From assembly GCF_009914755.1 (NCBI RefSeq), contig NC_060929.1: 64,000 bases of DNA. One strand, 5' to 3'. The notes under the pieces were generated by a model, which saw only the letters and a program-made list of their open reading frames with translations, was not told where the DNA came from and did not search any database. The first letter of the stretch is position 1, and each line of letters starts with the position of its first letter. Below are positions 39,821-59,551 of this stretch, one piece after another. The position numbers were made by a program, and so were the translations under genes. The stretch comes from the human T2T-CHM13v2.0 reference genome, Homo sapiens.

Positions 39821-42800
39821 ATGACAGGATCAAATTCACACGTAACAATATTAACCTTAAATGTAAAATGGCTAAATGCCCCAATTAAAAAACACAGGCT
39901 GGCAAATTGGACAAAGAGACAAAACCCATCAGTGTGCTGTATTCAGGAGACCCATCTCATGTACAAAGACACATATAGGCTCAAAATAAAGGGATGGAGG
40001 AATATTTACCAAGCAAACGGAAAGCAAAAAAGAGGAAGGGTTGCAATCCTAGTTTCTGATAAAATAGACTGTAAACTAACAAAGATAAAAAAAGACAAGA
40101 AGAACATTACATAATGGTAAAGGGATCAATGCAACAAGAAGAGCTAACTATCCTAAATATATATGCACCCAATACAGGAACAACCAGATTCATAAAACAA
40201 GTTCTTAGAGACCCACAAAGAGGCTTAGACTCCCACAAAATAACAGTGGATTAACCAGACAGAAAATTTACAAAGATATTCAGTACTTGAACTCAGCTGT
40301 GGACAAAGTGGACCTAACAGACATCTACAGAACTCTCCGCCACAAATCAACAAAATATACATTCTTCTCAGAACTGCATGCACTTATTCTAAAAATCAAA
40401 CACATAATTGGAAGTAAAACACTCCTCAAGCAAATGCAAAAGAGTGGAAATCATAACAAACAGTCTCTCAGACCACAGTGCAATCAAATTAGAATTCAGG
40501 ATTAAGAAACTCACTCAAAACCACACAACTACATGGAAAGTGAACAATCTGCTCCTGAATGACTACTGGGTAAATAACAAAATTAAGGCAGAGATAAATA
40601 ACTTCTTTGAAACCAATAAGAACAAAAACACAATGTACCAGAATCTCTGGGACACAGCTAAAGAAGTGTTAAGAGGGAAATTTATAGCAGTACATGTCCA
40701 CAAGAGAAAGCAGGAAAGATCTGAAATCGACACCTGGACATCACAATTAAAAAAAACTAGAGAAGCAAGATAAAACAAATTCAAAAGCTAGCAGAAGACC
40801 AGAAATAACTAAGATCAGAGCAGAACTGAAGGAAATGAAGACACAAAAATCCCTTCAAAAAATCAATGAATCCAGGAGGTGGTTTTTTGAAAAGATTAAC
40901 AAAATACATAGACTGCTAGCCAGACTCATAAAGAAGAAAGTGAGAAGAATCAAATAGGCACAATAAAAAATGATAAAGGGGATATCACCACTGATTCCAC
41001 AGAAATAAAAACAACCATCAGAGAATACTGTAAACACCTCTACACAAATAAACTAGAAAATCTAAAAGAAATGGATAAATTCCTGGAAACATACACTCTC
41101 CCAAGACTAAACCAGGAAGAAGTTGAATCCCTGAATAAACCAATGACAATTTCTGAAATTGAGGCAGTGATTAATAGCCTACCAAGCAAATAAAAGCCCA
41201 GGGACAGATGGATTCACAGCTGAATTCTACCAGAGGTAAAAAGAGGAGCTGGTACCATTCCTTCTGAAACTATTCAAAAAATAGAAAAAGAGGGAATCCT
41301 CCCTGACACATTTTGTGAGGCCAGCATCATCCTGATACCAAAACCTGGCAGAGGCACAACAAAAAAAAAAAAAAGAAAATTTCAGGCCAATATCCCTGAT
41401 GAACACCAATGCAAAAATCCTCAGTAAAATACTGGCAAAATGAATCCAGCCGCACATCAAAAAGCTTATCCACCACGATCAATTTGGCTTCACCCCTGGG
41501 ATGCAAGGCTGGTTCAACATACACGAATCAATATATGTAATCCATCACATAAACAGAACCAATGACAAAACCACATGGTTATCTCAATAGATGCAGAAAA
41601 TGTCTTCAATAAAATTCAACAGCCCTTCATGCTAAAAACTTTCAATAAACTAGGTATTGATGGGACATATCTCAGAATAATAAGAGCTATTTATGACAAA
41701 CCCATAGGCTATATAATACTGAATGGACAGAAGCTGGAAGCATTCCCTTTGAAAACTGGCACATGACAGGGATGCCCTCTCTTACCAGTCCTATTAAACA
41801 TAGTATTGGAAGTTCTGGCCAGGGCAATCAGGAAAGAGAAAGAAATAAAAGGTTTTCAAATAGGAAGAGAAGAAGTCAAATTGCCTCTGTTTGCAGATGA
41901 CATGATTCTATATTTAGAAAACTCCATCGTCTTAGCTCAAAAACTCCTTAAGCTGATAAGCAACTTCAGCAAAGTCTCAGGATAAAAAATCAATGTGCAA
42001 AAATTACAGGCATTCCTATACACCAATAATAGACAAGCAGAGAACCAAATCATGAGTGAACTCACATTCACAATTGCTACAAAGAGAATAAAATACCTAG
42101 GATTACAACTTACAAGGGATGTGAAGGACCTTTTCCAGGAGAACTAAAACCACTGCTCAAGGAAATAAGAGAGGACACAAACAAATGGAAAAACATTTCA
42201 TGCTCATGGATAGGAAGAATCAGTATCATGAAAATGGTCAACCTGCCCAAAGTAATTTATAGATTCAATGCTATTTCCCTCAAGCTACCATTGACTTCCT
42301 TCACAGAATTAGAAAATACTACTTAAAATTTTATATGGTACCAAAAAGGAACCTGTATAGCCAAGACAATCCTAGCAAATAGAACAAAGCTGGAGGCATC
42401 ACGCTACCTGACTTCAAACTACACTAGAAGTCTACAGTAACAAATACAGCATGGTACTTGTACCAAAACAGATATATAGACCAGTGGAACAGAACACAGG
42501 CCTCAGAAATAACACCACACATCTATAACCATTTGATCTTCCACAAACCTGACACAAACAAGCAATGGGGAAAGGATTCCCTATTTAATAAATGGTGATG
42601 GGAAAACTGGCTAATCATATGCAGAAAACAGAAACTGGACCCCTTCCTTACACCTTATACAAAAATTAACTCAAGATGAATTAAAGACTTAAACTTAAGA
42701 CCTAAAACCATAAAAACCCTAGAAGAAAACCTAGGCAATACCATTCAGGACATAGGCATGGGCAAGGACTTCATGACTAGAACACCAAAAGCAATGGCAA

Positions 42801-43610
42801 CAAGAGCTAAAATAGACAAATGGGATCGAATTAAACTAAAGAGCTTCTGCAAAGTGAAAGAAACTATCATCAGAGTGAACAGGCAACCTACAGAATGGGA
42901 GACAATTTTTGCCATCTATCTATCGACAAAGGGCTAATATCCAGAATCTGCAAGGAACTTAAACAAAGTTACAAGAAAAATCAAACAACCCCATCAAAAA
43001 GTGGGCAAAGGATATGAAGAGACACTTCTCAAAAGAAGACATTTATGTGGCCAACAAACATGAAAAAAAGCTCATCACCACTGGACATTAGAGAAATGCA
43101 AATCAAAACCACAATGAGATACCACCTCACACCAGTTAGAATGGCAATCATTAAAAAGTCTGGAAACAACAGATGCTGGAGAGGATGTGGACAAATAGGA
43201 ATGCTTTTACACTGTTGGTGGAAGTGTAAATTAGTTCAACTATCGTGGAAGACCAGATGGCGAGTCCTCAAGGATCTAGAACCAGAAATACCATTTGACC
43301 CAGCGATCCCATTACTGGGTATATACTGAAAGGATTATAAATCATTTTACTATAAAGACACATGCACACATATGTTTATTGTGGCACTATTCACAATAGC
43401 AAAGACTTGGAACCAACCCAAATGCCCATCAATGATAGACTGGATAAAGAAAATGTGGCACATGTACACCATGGAATACTATGCAGCCATAAAAAAAGAG
43501 TGAGTTTATGTCCTTTGCAGGGGCATGGATTAAGCATTCTTAGTAAATTAACACAGGAACAAAAAACCAAATACCATATGTTCTCACTCATAAGTGGAAG
43601 TTTAACAGTG
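39821..43610 (+). pseudogene. L1 ORF2p (endonuclease/reverse transcriptase) remnant with many stops and frameshifts
   Basis: MTGSNSHVTILTLNV start; TTTGCAGATGACATG (FADD motif) at about 41890; C-terminal RCWRGCG...HCWW. Confidence 0.9.
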
Positions 43611-45624
43611 AGAACACGTGGACATAGGGAGGGGAAAATCACACACTGGGGTCTGTTGGGGGTTGGGAGGAAAGGAGAGGGATAGCATTAGGAAAAATAC
43701 CTAATGCATGCGGGGCTTAAAACCTAGATGATGGGTTGATGGGTGAAGCAAAACACGATGGCACACGTATACCTATGTAACAAACCTGCATGTTCTGAAC
43801 ATGTATTCCAGAACTTAAAGTAAAATAATAAAAAAAAAATCTGAAAAAAAGAAAAAAAAAATTGTTATACAAACCAAAAAAAAATTAAAAAATCAAAAAA
43901 CAACTATTAGGGTTATCTATTTCTTCTTGAGTAAACTTTGGAAAAATGTGTCTTTTAAGAAACCTACTTCATCTTGGTTGTTGAACTTATTTCCAATATT
44001 CTATTGTTGTCACTTTAATGTTTATATGATCTTTAGTAATCCTCCCTTTCTCTCTTGATATTGAAAAATTATGTCTTTCTTTTTTTCCTGATCATTTTAG
44101 CTAGAGGTTTAGTAATTTTATTGATGATTTTCAAAGAATCAGCTTTTGGTTTTACTGATTTTCTCTATTATTTGCTGTTTTCTATTTTATCTTATTTGCA
44201 TTCTTATCTTTATTGTTTTCCTCTTTCTACTTACTTCGGTTTTAATTTGCTCTTTCTTTTCTTCCTTCTTTAGACTGAAACTGGAATAACTGATTTTATA
44301 TTTCTCTTTTTTTTCTATATAGGAATTCAAATCTGTAGATTTAACTTTGTATACTGCTTCAGCTATATACCTTCTTTAATATATTGTTTTTATTTTCATT
44401 AAGTTCAAATATTTTATAATTTGTCTCATTTCTTTTTGAGTCCATGGGTTATATAGAACTATGTAGTTAATTTCCAAATATTTGGGAATTTTCCAGATAT
44501 CCTTCTGGTTTTCATTTTTAATTTAACTCCATTATAGTAACAGAAAAAGTTTGTGAGATTTCAATCCTTTTAAACTAATCCACCATATGACTTACCTTGA
44601 CAAATGTTCCATGTGCATGTAACAAGAATGTGTGTTCTACAACTGCTGAGTATAGAGTTATATTTATTTCAGTTAAATGAAGTTGGTTAATGGTGCTATT
44701 TAAATCATGTATATTCTGACTAATATTCTGTCTCCTTGTTTTATCAGTTACTAAGAGGAATGGTAAAATAACTAGGTACAATTGTGGACTTGTCTGTTTC
44801 TCTCTCAGATTTATCAGTTTTTGTTTTCTATGTTCTGCAGTTCTGTTATTAGGTGTGTACTCATTTCGGATTACTATGCCATCCTGGTTAACAAACTATT
44901 TGATGATTGTGAAATTTCCCTTTTATCAGTGGTAAAATTTCTTGTTCTGAAGTCTCTTTTGTCTGATATTAACAAAGTCACTCCAGCTTTCTTATGCTTA
45001 GTTAGTACTTTCTTGTATATTTTCCAAATTTAACTTTGACTTTTATCTTTATACGTAGTTGTGAAGGAGAAGGTAGTAACCATTGAGGAGAAAGGAAGAT
45101 GGAAGAGGCTGGTATCCAGCTGATAGTTCTCACAGGTGGGTATATGTGGACTTGTGGAAAAGAATGATGGCTGATTACCAAAGAGGCTGCCATATCCCCT
45201 CTTTCCTGGAAGTTCCAGTGTATAGTAATGAAAATAACTACACTTAGCTTTATTGCATGTCAGTTGTGAGCTGAAGAAAAATGCAACCATGCTCATGAGA
45301 AACCCAAATTTTACCTTTAATTCAGTAGGAAAAATTTGTTTATATTTCCTGGGTAGGAAAAATTAACAAAGAGATCTCTCCAATGACTTCTGACATTTAT
45401 CTCATTTTCCTTCCTATTTCTGACTTTTCTTCCGTCTTCCTCTGTTAGTTTCAAATGTTCTGTTGTTTTATTTTTTATAAATTGAATTTTAGTTTCATTT
45501 TATCCATTTAATTATGCCTAACTTTTAATCTTGTACTGATTAAAATCTTTATTAGTATTCTTGGAAGAGATTTTAATAGTTTTTTGAATAAAATGTACCC
45601 TTAAAATAATAAATAGATGCTATT

Positions 45625-46000
45625 TCTGAGTAGCTAAAACATGGGTTTTGAAGTAACACCAACTTTTATTCATACCATATTTCTGATACTTGCTTTAAGT
45701 TCTGGCTCTTGTCACTAATTAGCCATGTGGCCTTAGAAAGTTACTGAAACTCTCTGTGCCTTTCTCTAACGTGGTGATAATAACAATAATTTTATGAGCA
45801 CTTACAATGTAAAACTCCTAGAACAGTAACTGGCATACAGTAAATTGCTACAAAATGTTTGTTTTTGTTACTGTTAACATTTGTGTAACTTTATGCAAAT
45901 TACTCAAACTTTCTAAGATTCCATCCTCACTGGAAAATTGAAATAAAAGTACTTACTTCGTAGTTGTGCTATAATTCCTAGCTGATATAATCTATGTAAA
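45625..46000 (+). mobile_element. Two MIR fragments
   Basis: CCATGTGGCCTTAGAAAGTTACTGAAACTCTCTGTGCCT; TAGAACAGTAACTGGCATACAGTAAAT; GCAAATTACTCAAACTTTCTAAG. Confidence 0.65.
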
Positions 46001-46049
46001 TTCAAGTTTTGGCAATCACGGCCATCTAAACACTACACACAGTAAGTGA

Positions 46050-46520
46050 TGCGTTCCTCTTGCAAACTCCAAACCTTAATTTCCTCATCTTCAAGGGTCT
46101 TTGCCTTCACCTCATCTCATCAGCTTTCCTTCACACTTTTCCCTGGACCTTGTCAACATCTGGAAGAGAGAGATATCTAAAGTTTTAGATTCTAACATCC
46201 CTGCTCTCTGACCACAGTTTTATCTGCCCTGTCATTGCTCTGCTTGGTAAAACACTGACCTTGGATCTTGTTGTCAGCTTTCCTTCCTCAACATCTAGGC
46301 AGCCAAGTGCTTATGGAGAGGACTGTACAATAGCAAAGACTAGTGTCACTAAAAACTCATATGCATGGCAATCTTTCTAATTCATCTTTCTGTTTTCCCA
46401 GTCTCTTATGCCTGTCTCTCATGTCTTTTGGTGATTATTCAAATCATCTTTATCTGCCCTATGCCTTCCTATTCGCTCTTAGAATATAACCTAGTTAATA
46501 AAGACAGTGGAAGTTTCCAA
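46050..46520 (+). mobile_element. L2 internal fragment
   Basis: CCCTGGACCTTGTC, CTCTCTGACCAC and GGCAGCCAAGTGCTTATGGAGA resemble L2 ORF2-region relics. Confidence 0.5.
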
Positions 46521-46660
46521 GCAAGAACTTCACAAGTATAAGCACTGATAAGTGGACAGGTACTCAAGTAACATCCTGGCGAAGGTAACATATCTATCTT
46601 CTCCTATACTTGCCTTGAGTCTGCAGGCTGGTCTCTTGCTAGTTCTTAGTGGTTTTGTAT

Positions 46661-47699
46661 GAGAACTAGAATTAAAAGTGGAGCCTGAAGATGTTACTGA
46701 ATTTCCCCAATTTCATGATAAGACTGAAGAGATGAGGAGTTGCTTCTTACAGATAAGCAAAGAAATTGGTTTCTTGAGATGGAATTGACTCCTGGTGAAG
46801 ATGCTGTGAACATTGTTGAAATGACAACAAAGGATTTAGAATATTGTATAAACTTAGTTGATAAAGCAGCAGCAGGGTTTGAGAGGACTGACTCAAATGT
46901 TGAAAGTTCTGTTGTGGTAAAATGCTATCAAACAGCATCACATGCTACAGAGAAATCTTTCATGAAAGAAAGAGTCAGTAAATGCAGCAAACTCCCATTG
47001 CTGTTTTACTTTAAGAAATTGCCACAGTCACTCTAATCTTCAGCAACTACCACCTTGACCAGCTATAACATCTAGGCAACTCTCTCCCAGCAAAAAGATT
47101 ACAAGTGGCTGAATGCTCAGAGGATCATTAGCATTTTTTTTTTTTTACCAATGAAGTATTTTAAATTAAGATATGTACATTGTCTGAGACATAATACAAT
47201 TGTACTCTATATATAATATAGACTTAATATAACATAATTGTATAAAATAGATTTAATATAATTGCATGCTATAGATACTATAATAGACTAAAATACAGTG
47301 TAAATATGACTTTTTTTTAAAGAGTTAGAGTCTCACTCTATTACCAAGGCTAAAGTGCAGTAGCATGATCATGGCTCACTTCACCTTGAACTTCTGGGTT
47401 CCAGCAATCCTTCTACCTCAGCCCCCCAAGTACCTGGGTCTATAGGCACACTACCAAGCCTGGCTGTTTTTAAAATGCTTTTTAGAGATAGGGTCTCACT
47501 ATGTTGCCCAGGCTGATCTCAAACTCTTGGCTTCAAGTAATCCTCCTGCCTCAAGTCACTGTGATTACAGGTTTGAGTACAAATATAACTTTTACATACG
47601 CTGGGAAACCAAAAAAATTATGTGACTCACTTTATTGTGATATTAACTTTATTGCGGTGGTCTGGAACCAAACCCACAATATTTTCAAAGTATACCCTG
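46661..47699 (+). mobile_element. Tigger1 3' portion with one terminus
   Basis: ORF 46740..47036 (LLTDKQRNWFLEMELTPGEDAVNIVEMTTKDLEY) is the transposase C-terminus; ends TTTATTGCGGTGGTCTGGAACC...AGTATACCCTG followed by TA. Confidence 0.92.
47311..47580 (-). mobile_element. AluJ nested in Tigger1
   Basis: AluJ-type arms; TSD AAATAT(G/A)ACTTTT at 47302-47314 and 47581-47593. Confidence 0.88.
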
Positions 47700-48240
47700 T
47701 ATTTAAATTCATTTTCTTAAAGATTGTATACAGTTGGATCTTGACTTTTTGTTCAGTATAATAGTCCTGCCTTTAATTAGTATGTTTAAACCATTTATAC
47801 CATATGTATACACTGGTATGCTTGAGTTTAAATCTACTACCTTGTTATCTGTTGACTGTCCCATTTGTTCTTGGTTCATTTTCCCTATTTTTCTGTCTTT
47901 TTCAATTAATTTGGTACTTCTTAGTATTTTATTTTGTCTGTTACTGACTTGTTAGCTTCATTTTGTTTTTTAGTGTTGTACTAGGGTTTATGATATCTTT
48001 CACTTATGGCAATCTACCCTAAAATCATATCATACTGCTTTATTTGTAACATATGAATCTTAAAGCAGTATACTTTATACTTTTCCTCTCCTGCTTTTTG
48101 GGCTATTTTTGTTAAATTTTAGACTTTTAAACATGTCAAAACCCCAATAGTGTACTTCAAATAATCAACCATCCTTTAAAAAAACAAAATAAGAAAGTCT
48201 TTTACATTTATCATGTTTAATACTTTTAGTGCCCTCTATT

Positions 48241-48534
48241 TTTTTTTTTTTTTTCAGATGGAGTCTCACTCTGTTGCCCAGGCTGGAGTGCAGTGGTGAT
48301 CTCGGCTCACTTCAATCTCCGCCTCCCGGGTTCAAGCAGTTCTCCTTCCTCAGCCTCCTGAGTAGCTGGGACTACAGTCACACACCGCCACACCCGGCCA
48401 ATTTTTTGTATTTTAGTAGAGACGGAGTTTCACTGTGTTGTCCAGGCTGGTTGCGAACTCCTGAGCTCAGGCAATCCGCCTGCCTCAGCCACCCAAAGTG
48501 TTGGGATTACAGGCGTGAGCCACTGTGCCCAGCC
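48241..48534 (-). mobile_element. AluS (Sz6-like)
   Basis: Full dimer; TSD AGTGC(C/T)CTCTATT at 48228-48240 and 48535-48547. Confidence 0.95.
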
Positions 48535-49341
48535 AGTGCTCTCTATTCTTATGTGTAAGCTCATGTTTTGCATTTGGTGCCGTTTTCCTTCTGCCTGAAG
48601 AAATTAATATATCATTACATATCAGTCAGTCTTCTAATGACAAATTTCTCAGCTTTTATTTTGTAAAACAGACTTTATGTCACCTCAAATTCTTTTTTAA
48701 AGTAACACTTTATCAAAGTGTGATTGTCATACAAAAAATCTATACATATGTAATGCATACAACTTGATGAGTCTAGAGACCAGTATACACCTATAAAACC
48801 ATCACCAAAATCAATACCATAAACATATCTATCACCTCCAAAGTTTCCTTTTATCATTTTATTATTATTATTTTGTGATAAGAATGCTTAATGTAAAATC
48901 TACTTTCTTAGCAAATTTCAAAGTATATAATACAGTATTGTTAACTATAGGGACTATACTGTACAATAGATCTAAATAATTTACTCACCTTGCAAAACTA
49001 AAACTTTGTATCCTTTGACCAAAATCTCTTCATTTCCCTCTCCTCCAGTCCTTGAAAACCACAATTTTACTCTCTGCTTCTATGAGTTTGACTCTTTTAG
49101 ATTCCCTGTGTCAGTGAGATTGTGTATTTCTCCTTTTGTGTCTGATTTATTTCACTTAGTATAATGTCCTTGAGGCTCATCTGTATTGTTGCAAATGGCA
49201 GAATTTTCTTCTTTTTAAAGACTGAATAATATTTCATTGATGGACATTTATTTTACATATGTGTCTTAGCTGTTGTGAACAATGCTACAATGAACATGGA
49301 AGTGCCAATGTCTCTTCAAGATCCTGATTTCAATTCCTTTC

Positions 49342-54509
<5,168 letters not shown>

Positions 54510-55315
54510 TCAATTCCTTTCAATACGAACCAAGAAATGGGATTACTGGATCATATGGTGGTTCTATTTTTAATATTTGGAAGTAGTTACATGCTGTTTT
54601 CATAACGGCTATAGTAATATATATTCCAACCAATAATACACAAGAGTTCTCCTTTCTCTATACCTGTTGCCACCATTTATCATCTTTAAAATAACAGCTA
54701 TTCAAAGTGATATGAAGTGATATGAAGTGATATCTCATTGTGGTTTTGATTTATATTTCCCTAATGATTTTTATGGTAAGCATCTCCATTAGACTGTTTT
54801 TTTTGTGTGTTCTTAGGATAAATGTCTATTCAGGTCCTTTGACCATTTTTAATTAGGTTATTTGCTTGGTTGGTTTTTGCTAATGAGTTGTAAGGGTTCT
54901 TCATGTATTTTGGATATTAACCCTTTATCAAATATATAGTTGGCAAATTTTTTTCCATTCCATAGATTGTTTTCACATTAGGGTGATTGTTTCCTTTTCT
55001 TTGCAGCAGCTTTTTTGCTTGATGTAATCCCACTGGTCTATTTTTACTTTTATTGGTTGTGCTTTTGGTGTCACTTCCAAGAAGGCATTACCAAGGCCAA
55101 TGTCAAGATTTTTCTCTATGTTTTCTTCAAGGAGTTTTACAGTTTCAGGTTTTACATTGAAGTCTTTAATTCATTTTGAATTTGTTTTTGGTCGGGGTGG
55201 GGGCTGCAATGTAAGACAAGGGTCCAACTTCATTCTTTTGCATGTGAATATTCAGTTTTCCCAATAAAGAGACTATCCTTTTTCCTTTTCCCATTGTGTA
55301 TTCTTGGCTTCCATG

Positions 55316-55441
55316 TCAAAGATCAGTTGACTCTACATTATTTCTTATTTCTTTATTCTTCCTATTTTATATTCTTATTCAAAGATCAGTTGACTCTACA
55401 TTATTTCTTATTTCTTTATTCTTCCTATTTTATATTCTTAT
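55316..55441. repeat. Perfect 63-bp tandem duplication
   Basis: 55316-55378 is identical to 55379-55441; also visible as the repeated peptide KDQLTLHYFLFLYSSYFIFLF in ORF 55294..55509. Confidence 0.95.
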
Positions 55442-57173
55442 TTCTGGTCTCCTTATTCTGTTCTATTGGTCTCTATATCTGTTTCTATGCCAATACCATA
55501 ATGTTTTGATACTGTAGCTTTGTGCTATATTTTGAAATCAGAAAGTGTATGTCACCAGCTTTTTCTTCTTACTCAAAATAGCTTTGGCTACTTGAGGACT
55601 TTTTGTGTTTTCAAATAAATGTTAGGATTGGTTTTTCTATGTCTGTAAAATATGCCACTGGGATTTTGATATAAACTGCATTGATCACTTTGTAGATCAC
55701 TTTGTGTAGCAGGGACATTTAACAATATTAAGACTTCTAATTCATGAACACAGACTATCTTTCCATTTATCCTTGTCCTCTTTAATTTTTTTAGTGTCTC
55801 CTGTCTTGTGGCTTTCACTCCTTTGATTATGTTTATTCTTAGGTATTTTATTCTTTTTGATGCTATTCTAAAGGTATTGTTTTCTTAATTTTATATTCAA
55901 ATAGTTTGTTGTTAATATGTAGAACACAATTGAGTTTTGTGTGTTAATTTTGTATCCTGCAACATTACTAAGTTTATTTATTAGATCCAATAAATTTCTG
56001 GTGGATTCTTTAAGATTTTCTATGTGTAAGATTATGTTGTCTGCCAATAGGGAAATTTAACTTCTTTCTTTCCAATCTGGATGACTTTTATTTCTTTCTC
56101 TTGCCTGACTGGCCTGAATAGGACTTCCCGTAGTATGTTGAACAAAAATGCTCAGAGGGGGCATCCTTATCTTATTCTTGATCTTAGAGGAGAAGCTTTC
56201 AACTGTCACTGTTAGGTATGACTTTAGCTATGGGTTTGTTATATATGGCCTCTATTTTGTTGAGGTAGAGTCCTTCTATACCTACTTTTTTGAGAGTTTT
56301 TATTATGAAATGATGTTAGATTTTGTCAAATGCTCTTTCTGCATCTATTGTGATGTTTATATGATTTTGCTCCTTCATTCTATTAATATGTGTCATATTG
56401 ATTGATTTGCATATGTTGAATCATCCTTACATCCCAGGGTTATTATAAATCCCACTTGATCATGATGTATTATCCTTTTAATGTATTGATTAATTTGATT
56501 TTCTAATATTTTGTTGAGAATTTTTCTTCCATATTAATCTGAGATATTGGCCTGCAGTGTTCTCTTCTTGCGGTATCTTTGTCTGGTTTTAGTATCAGGG
56601 TAATACTGGCTTCCTAACATGAGTTTGGAAGTCTTTTTTTTTCTATGTTTTGAAAGAGTTTAAAAAGGATTGGTACTAATTCTCCTTTAAATATTTGGTA
56701 GAATTCGCCTGTGGAGCCACCTGGTCCTGGGCTTTTGTTTGTTGGAAAGTTTTTGATTACTAGTTTAATTAAGTATTTGTTATTGGTCTTTTCAGGCATT
56801 ATACGACTTTTTGGTTCAGTCTTAGAAGGTTGTATGTTTCTAGGAAGTTATCTATTTTTTTTTTCTAGGTTGGCCAATTTGTTGGCTATTATTGTTCATA
56901 ATTGTCTCTTATTATCTTGTTAATTTCCATTATGTCAGTTGTAATGTCTTTTCTTTCATTTCTCCATTTATCTTTTTGAGTTTTTTCTCTCTCTTTTTCT
57001 TAGTAGTCTAGCTAAAGGTTTGTTGATTTGGTTTATCATTTCAAAACACCTACTTTTAGTTTTCTCAGTTTTTGTCTATTTTTCTATTGTCTATTTCATT
57101 TATTTATTCTCCAATATTTATTTCCTTCCTTCTGCTTTCTTTAGTTTTAGTTATTTTTTTTTGAATTCCTTGA

Positions 57174-57656
<483 letters not shown>

Positions 57657-57720
57657 TAGTTGTTTAAAGAGTGTGTTGTTTAATTTTTATATATTTATGA
57701 ATTTTCTAGTTTTCCTTCTG

Positions 57721-58042
<322 letters not shown>

Positions 58043-59049
58043 TGATTTCTTGTTCCATTGTATGTGGTTGGAAAGGAAATGTAGTATTATTTCAATCTTC
58101 TTAAATTTTCTAAGGCCTATTTTGTGATCTGTGTAACGTATCTTGAAGAATGTTCCATGTGTACTTGAAAAGAATGTGTATTTTTCTGGTTTTGGGTGGA
58201 CTTTTCATGCATCTGACTTAAGTACATTTGCTCTATAGTATGGTTGAAGCATGCTGTTTCCTTGATTGTTATTTCTCTGGATGATCTATCCATGTGAAAA
58301 GTGCATATTGAAGTGAGTACTATTATTGTGTTGCTTTGTATATCTCTCTTCACATCAATCAATGTTTGCTTTATGTATTTATGTACTCCAATGGTGGATC
58401 CACATATATTTATACTTTTTGTATCTTTTTCCTGAATTGACTTTTTATCATTATATAATCACCTACTTTGTCTCTTCTGACAGTTTTTGACTTAGTCTAT
58501 TTTCTGTGATATATGTATAGCTACCTGCTTTCTTTTGTTTACTACTGGCATAGAATATCTTGTTTCGTCCTTTTACTTTAGACATGTGTGTCCTTAAATA
58601 TAAAGTGAATTATAGACAACATGTAGTTGCATCATGGTTTTTTGTTCACTCAGCCACTCTGTATCTTTTGATTAGTGACTTTAACCACTATTAAATTAAT
58701 TATTCATAGGTAAAGACATACCATTGCCATTTTGTTAATTGTTTTGTGTCTATTTTGTGGCTCTTTTGTTCTTCTCTGTGTCTCTCACTGTATTCATTTG
58801 TGACTTAATAATTTTTGTGATAATATATATATATATATTTTCTTTATCCTTTTGGTTTCTATTATAGGGTTTTTTTTTATGTTACCTTAAGTTTCCCTTA
58901 AAATATCTTATAGTTTAAGTCTTTTTAAAACTGACAACAACTTAACTTCAATTGCATATAAAAACTACACACTTTTATGTTATTAATGTCTGAATTTACT
59001 TCTTTTTATGTTCTGTATTTATTAACAAATATTTTTGGCTAGAATTTTG

Positions 59050-59204
59050 CTTTTTCTCTTTTCTTTCCTTTTTTTTTTTTTTTTTTTTTTAAATCAGGTT
59101 CTCACTATATTCCCAGGCTGGTCTCAAACTCTTGAGCTAAAATGATTCTCCTGCCTCAGACTCTTCAGTAGCTGGAATTACAGGCACATGCCACCACACC
59201 CAGC
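59050..59204 (-). mobile_element. FLAM (Alu monomer, FLAM_A-like)
   Basis: Single arm TCTCACTATATTCCCAGGCTGGTCTCAAACTC...GCCACCACACCCAGC with a long T tail. Confidence 0.85.
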
Positions 59205-59551
59205 AACTATAATTACTCTTAATACTTTTATCTTGTAGCACTTGTATTAGGGTTAAAAGTTATTTATGTATCGCCATTATAGTACTACCTAATTCTGCCT
59301 TAAATATGCTTTTGTGTTGCTGTTTATTATCCTTTTCAGTCTTTAGACTAGCTTTATCAATGAAAGGCCTTCATTAGTCAGCCAAGCTGAGGATTCTGGG
59401 GGAGCCTCTCAAACCTTTTATTGGATGCATCTGTTCTACTTCTTTCATTCTCTTCTGAGGGAAAAGATTTAGGATTATGTGACTTTTATCCATGTGAGAA
59501 CCATCCTGGATGCTCCTTCCTTTCCCTAGGGCAGTGTCCTGCAATGCCTGG

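Larger units (their letters stand above)
37452..43897 (+). mobile_element. Full-length, inactivated L1PA8-like LINE-1
   Basis: 5' UTR starts GGCAAGATGACTGAATAGGAACAGCTCC; 3' UTR contains TAATGCATGCGGGGCTTAAAACCTAGATG; A tail; TSD AAA(G/C)AACTATTAG at 37439-37451 and 43898-43910. Confidence 0.95.

Noticed and set aside
37452-43897. Potentially active LINE-1
   Set aside because: ORF1 and ORF2 both carry multiple stops, frameshifts and small deletions.
45061-45141. Purine-rich stretch ending in a donor-like CAG|GTGGGT
   Set aside because: There is no upstream polypyrimidine acceptor and the frames contain stops.
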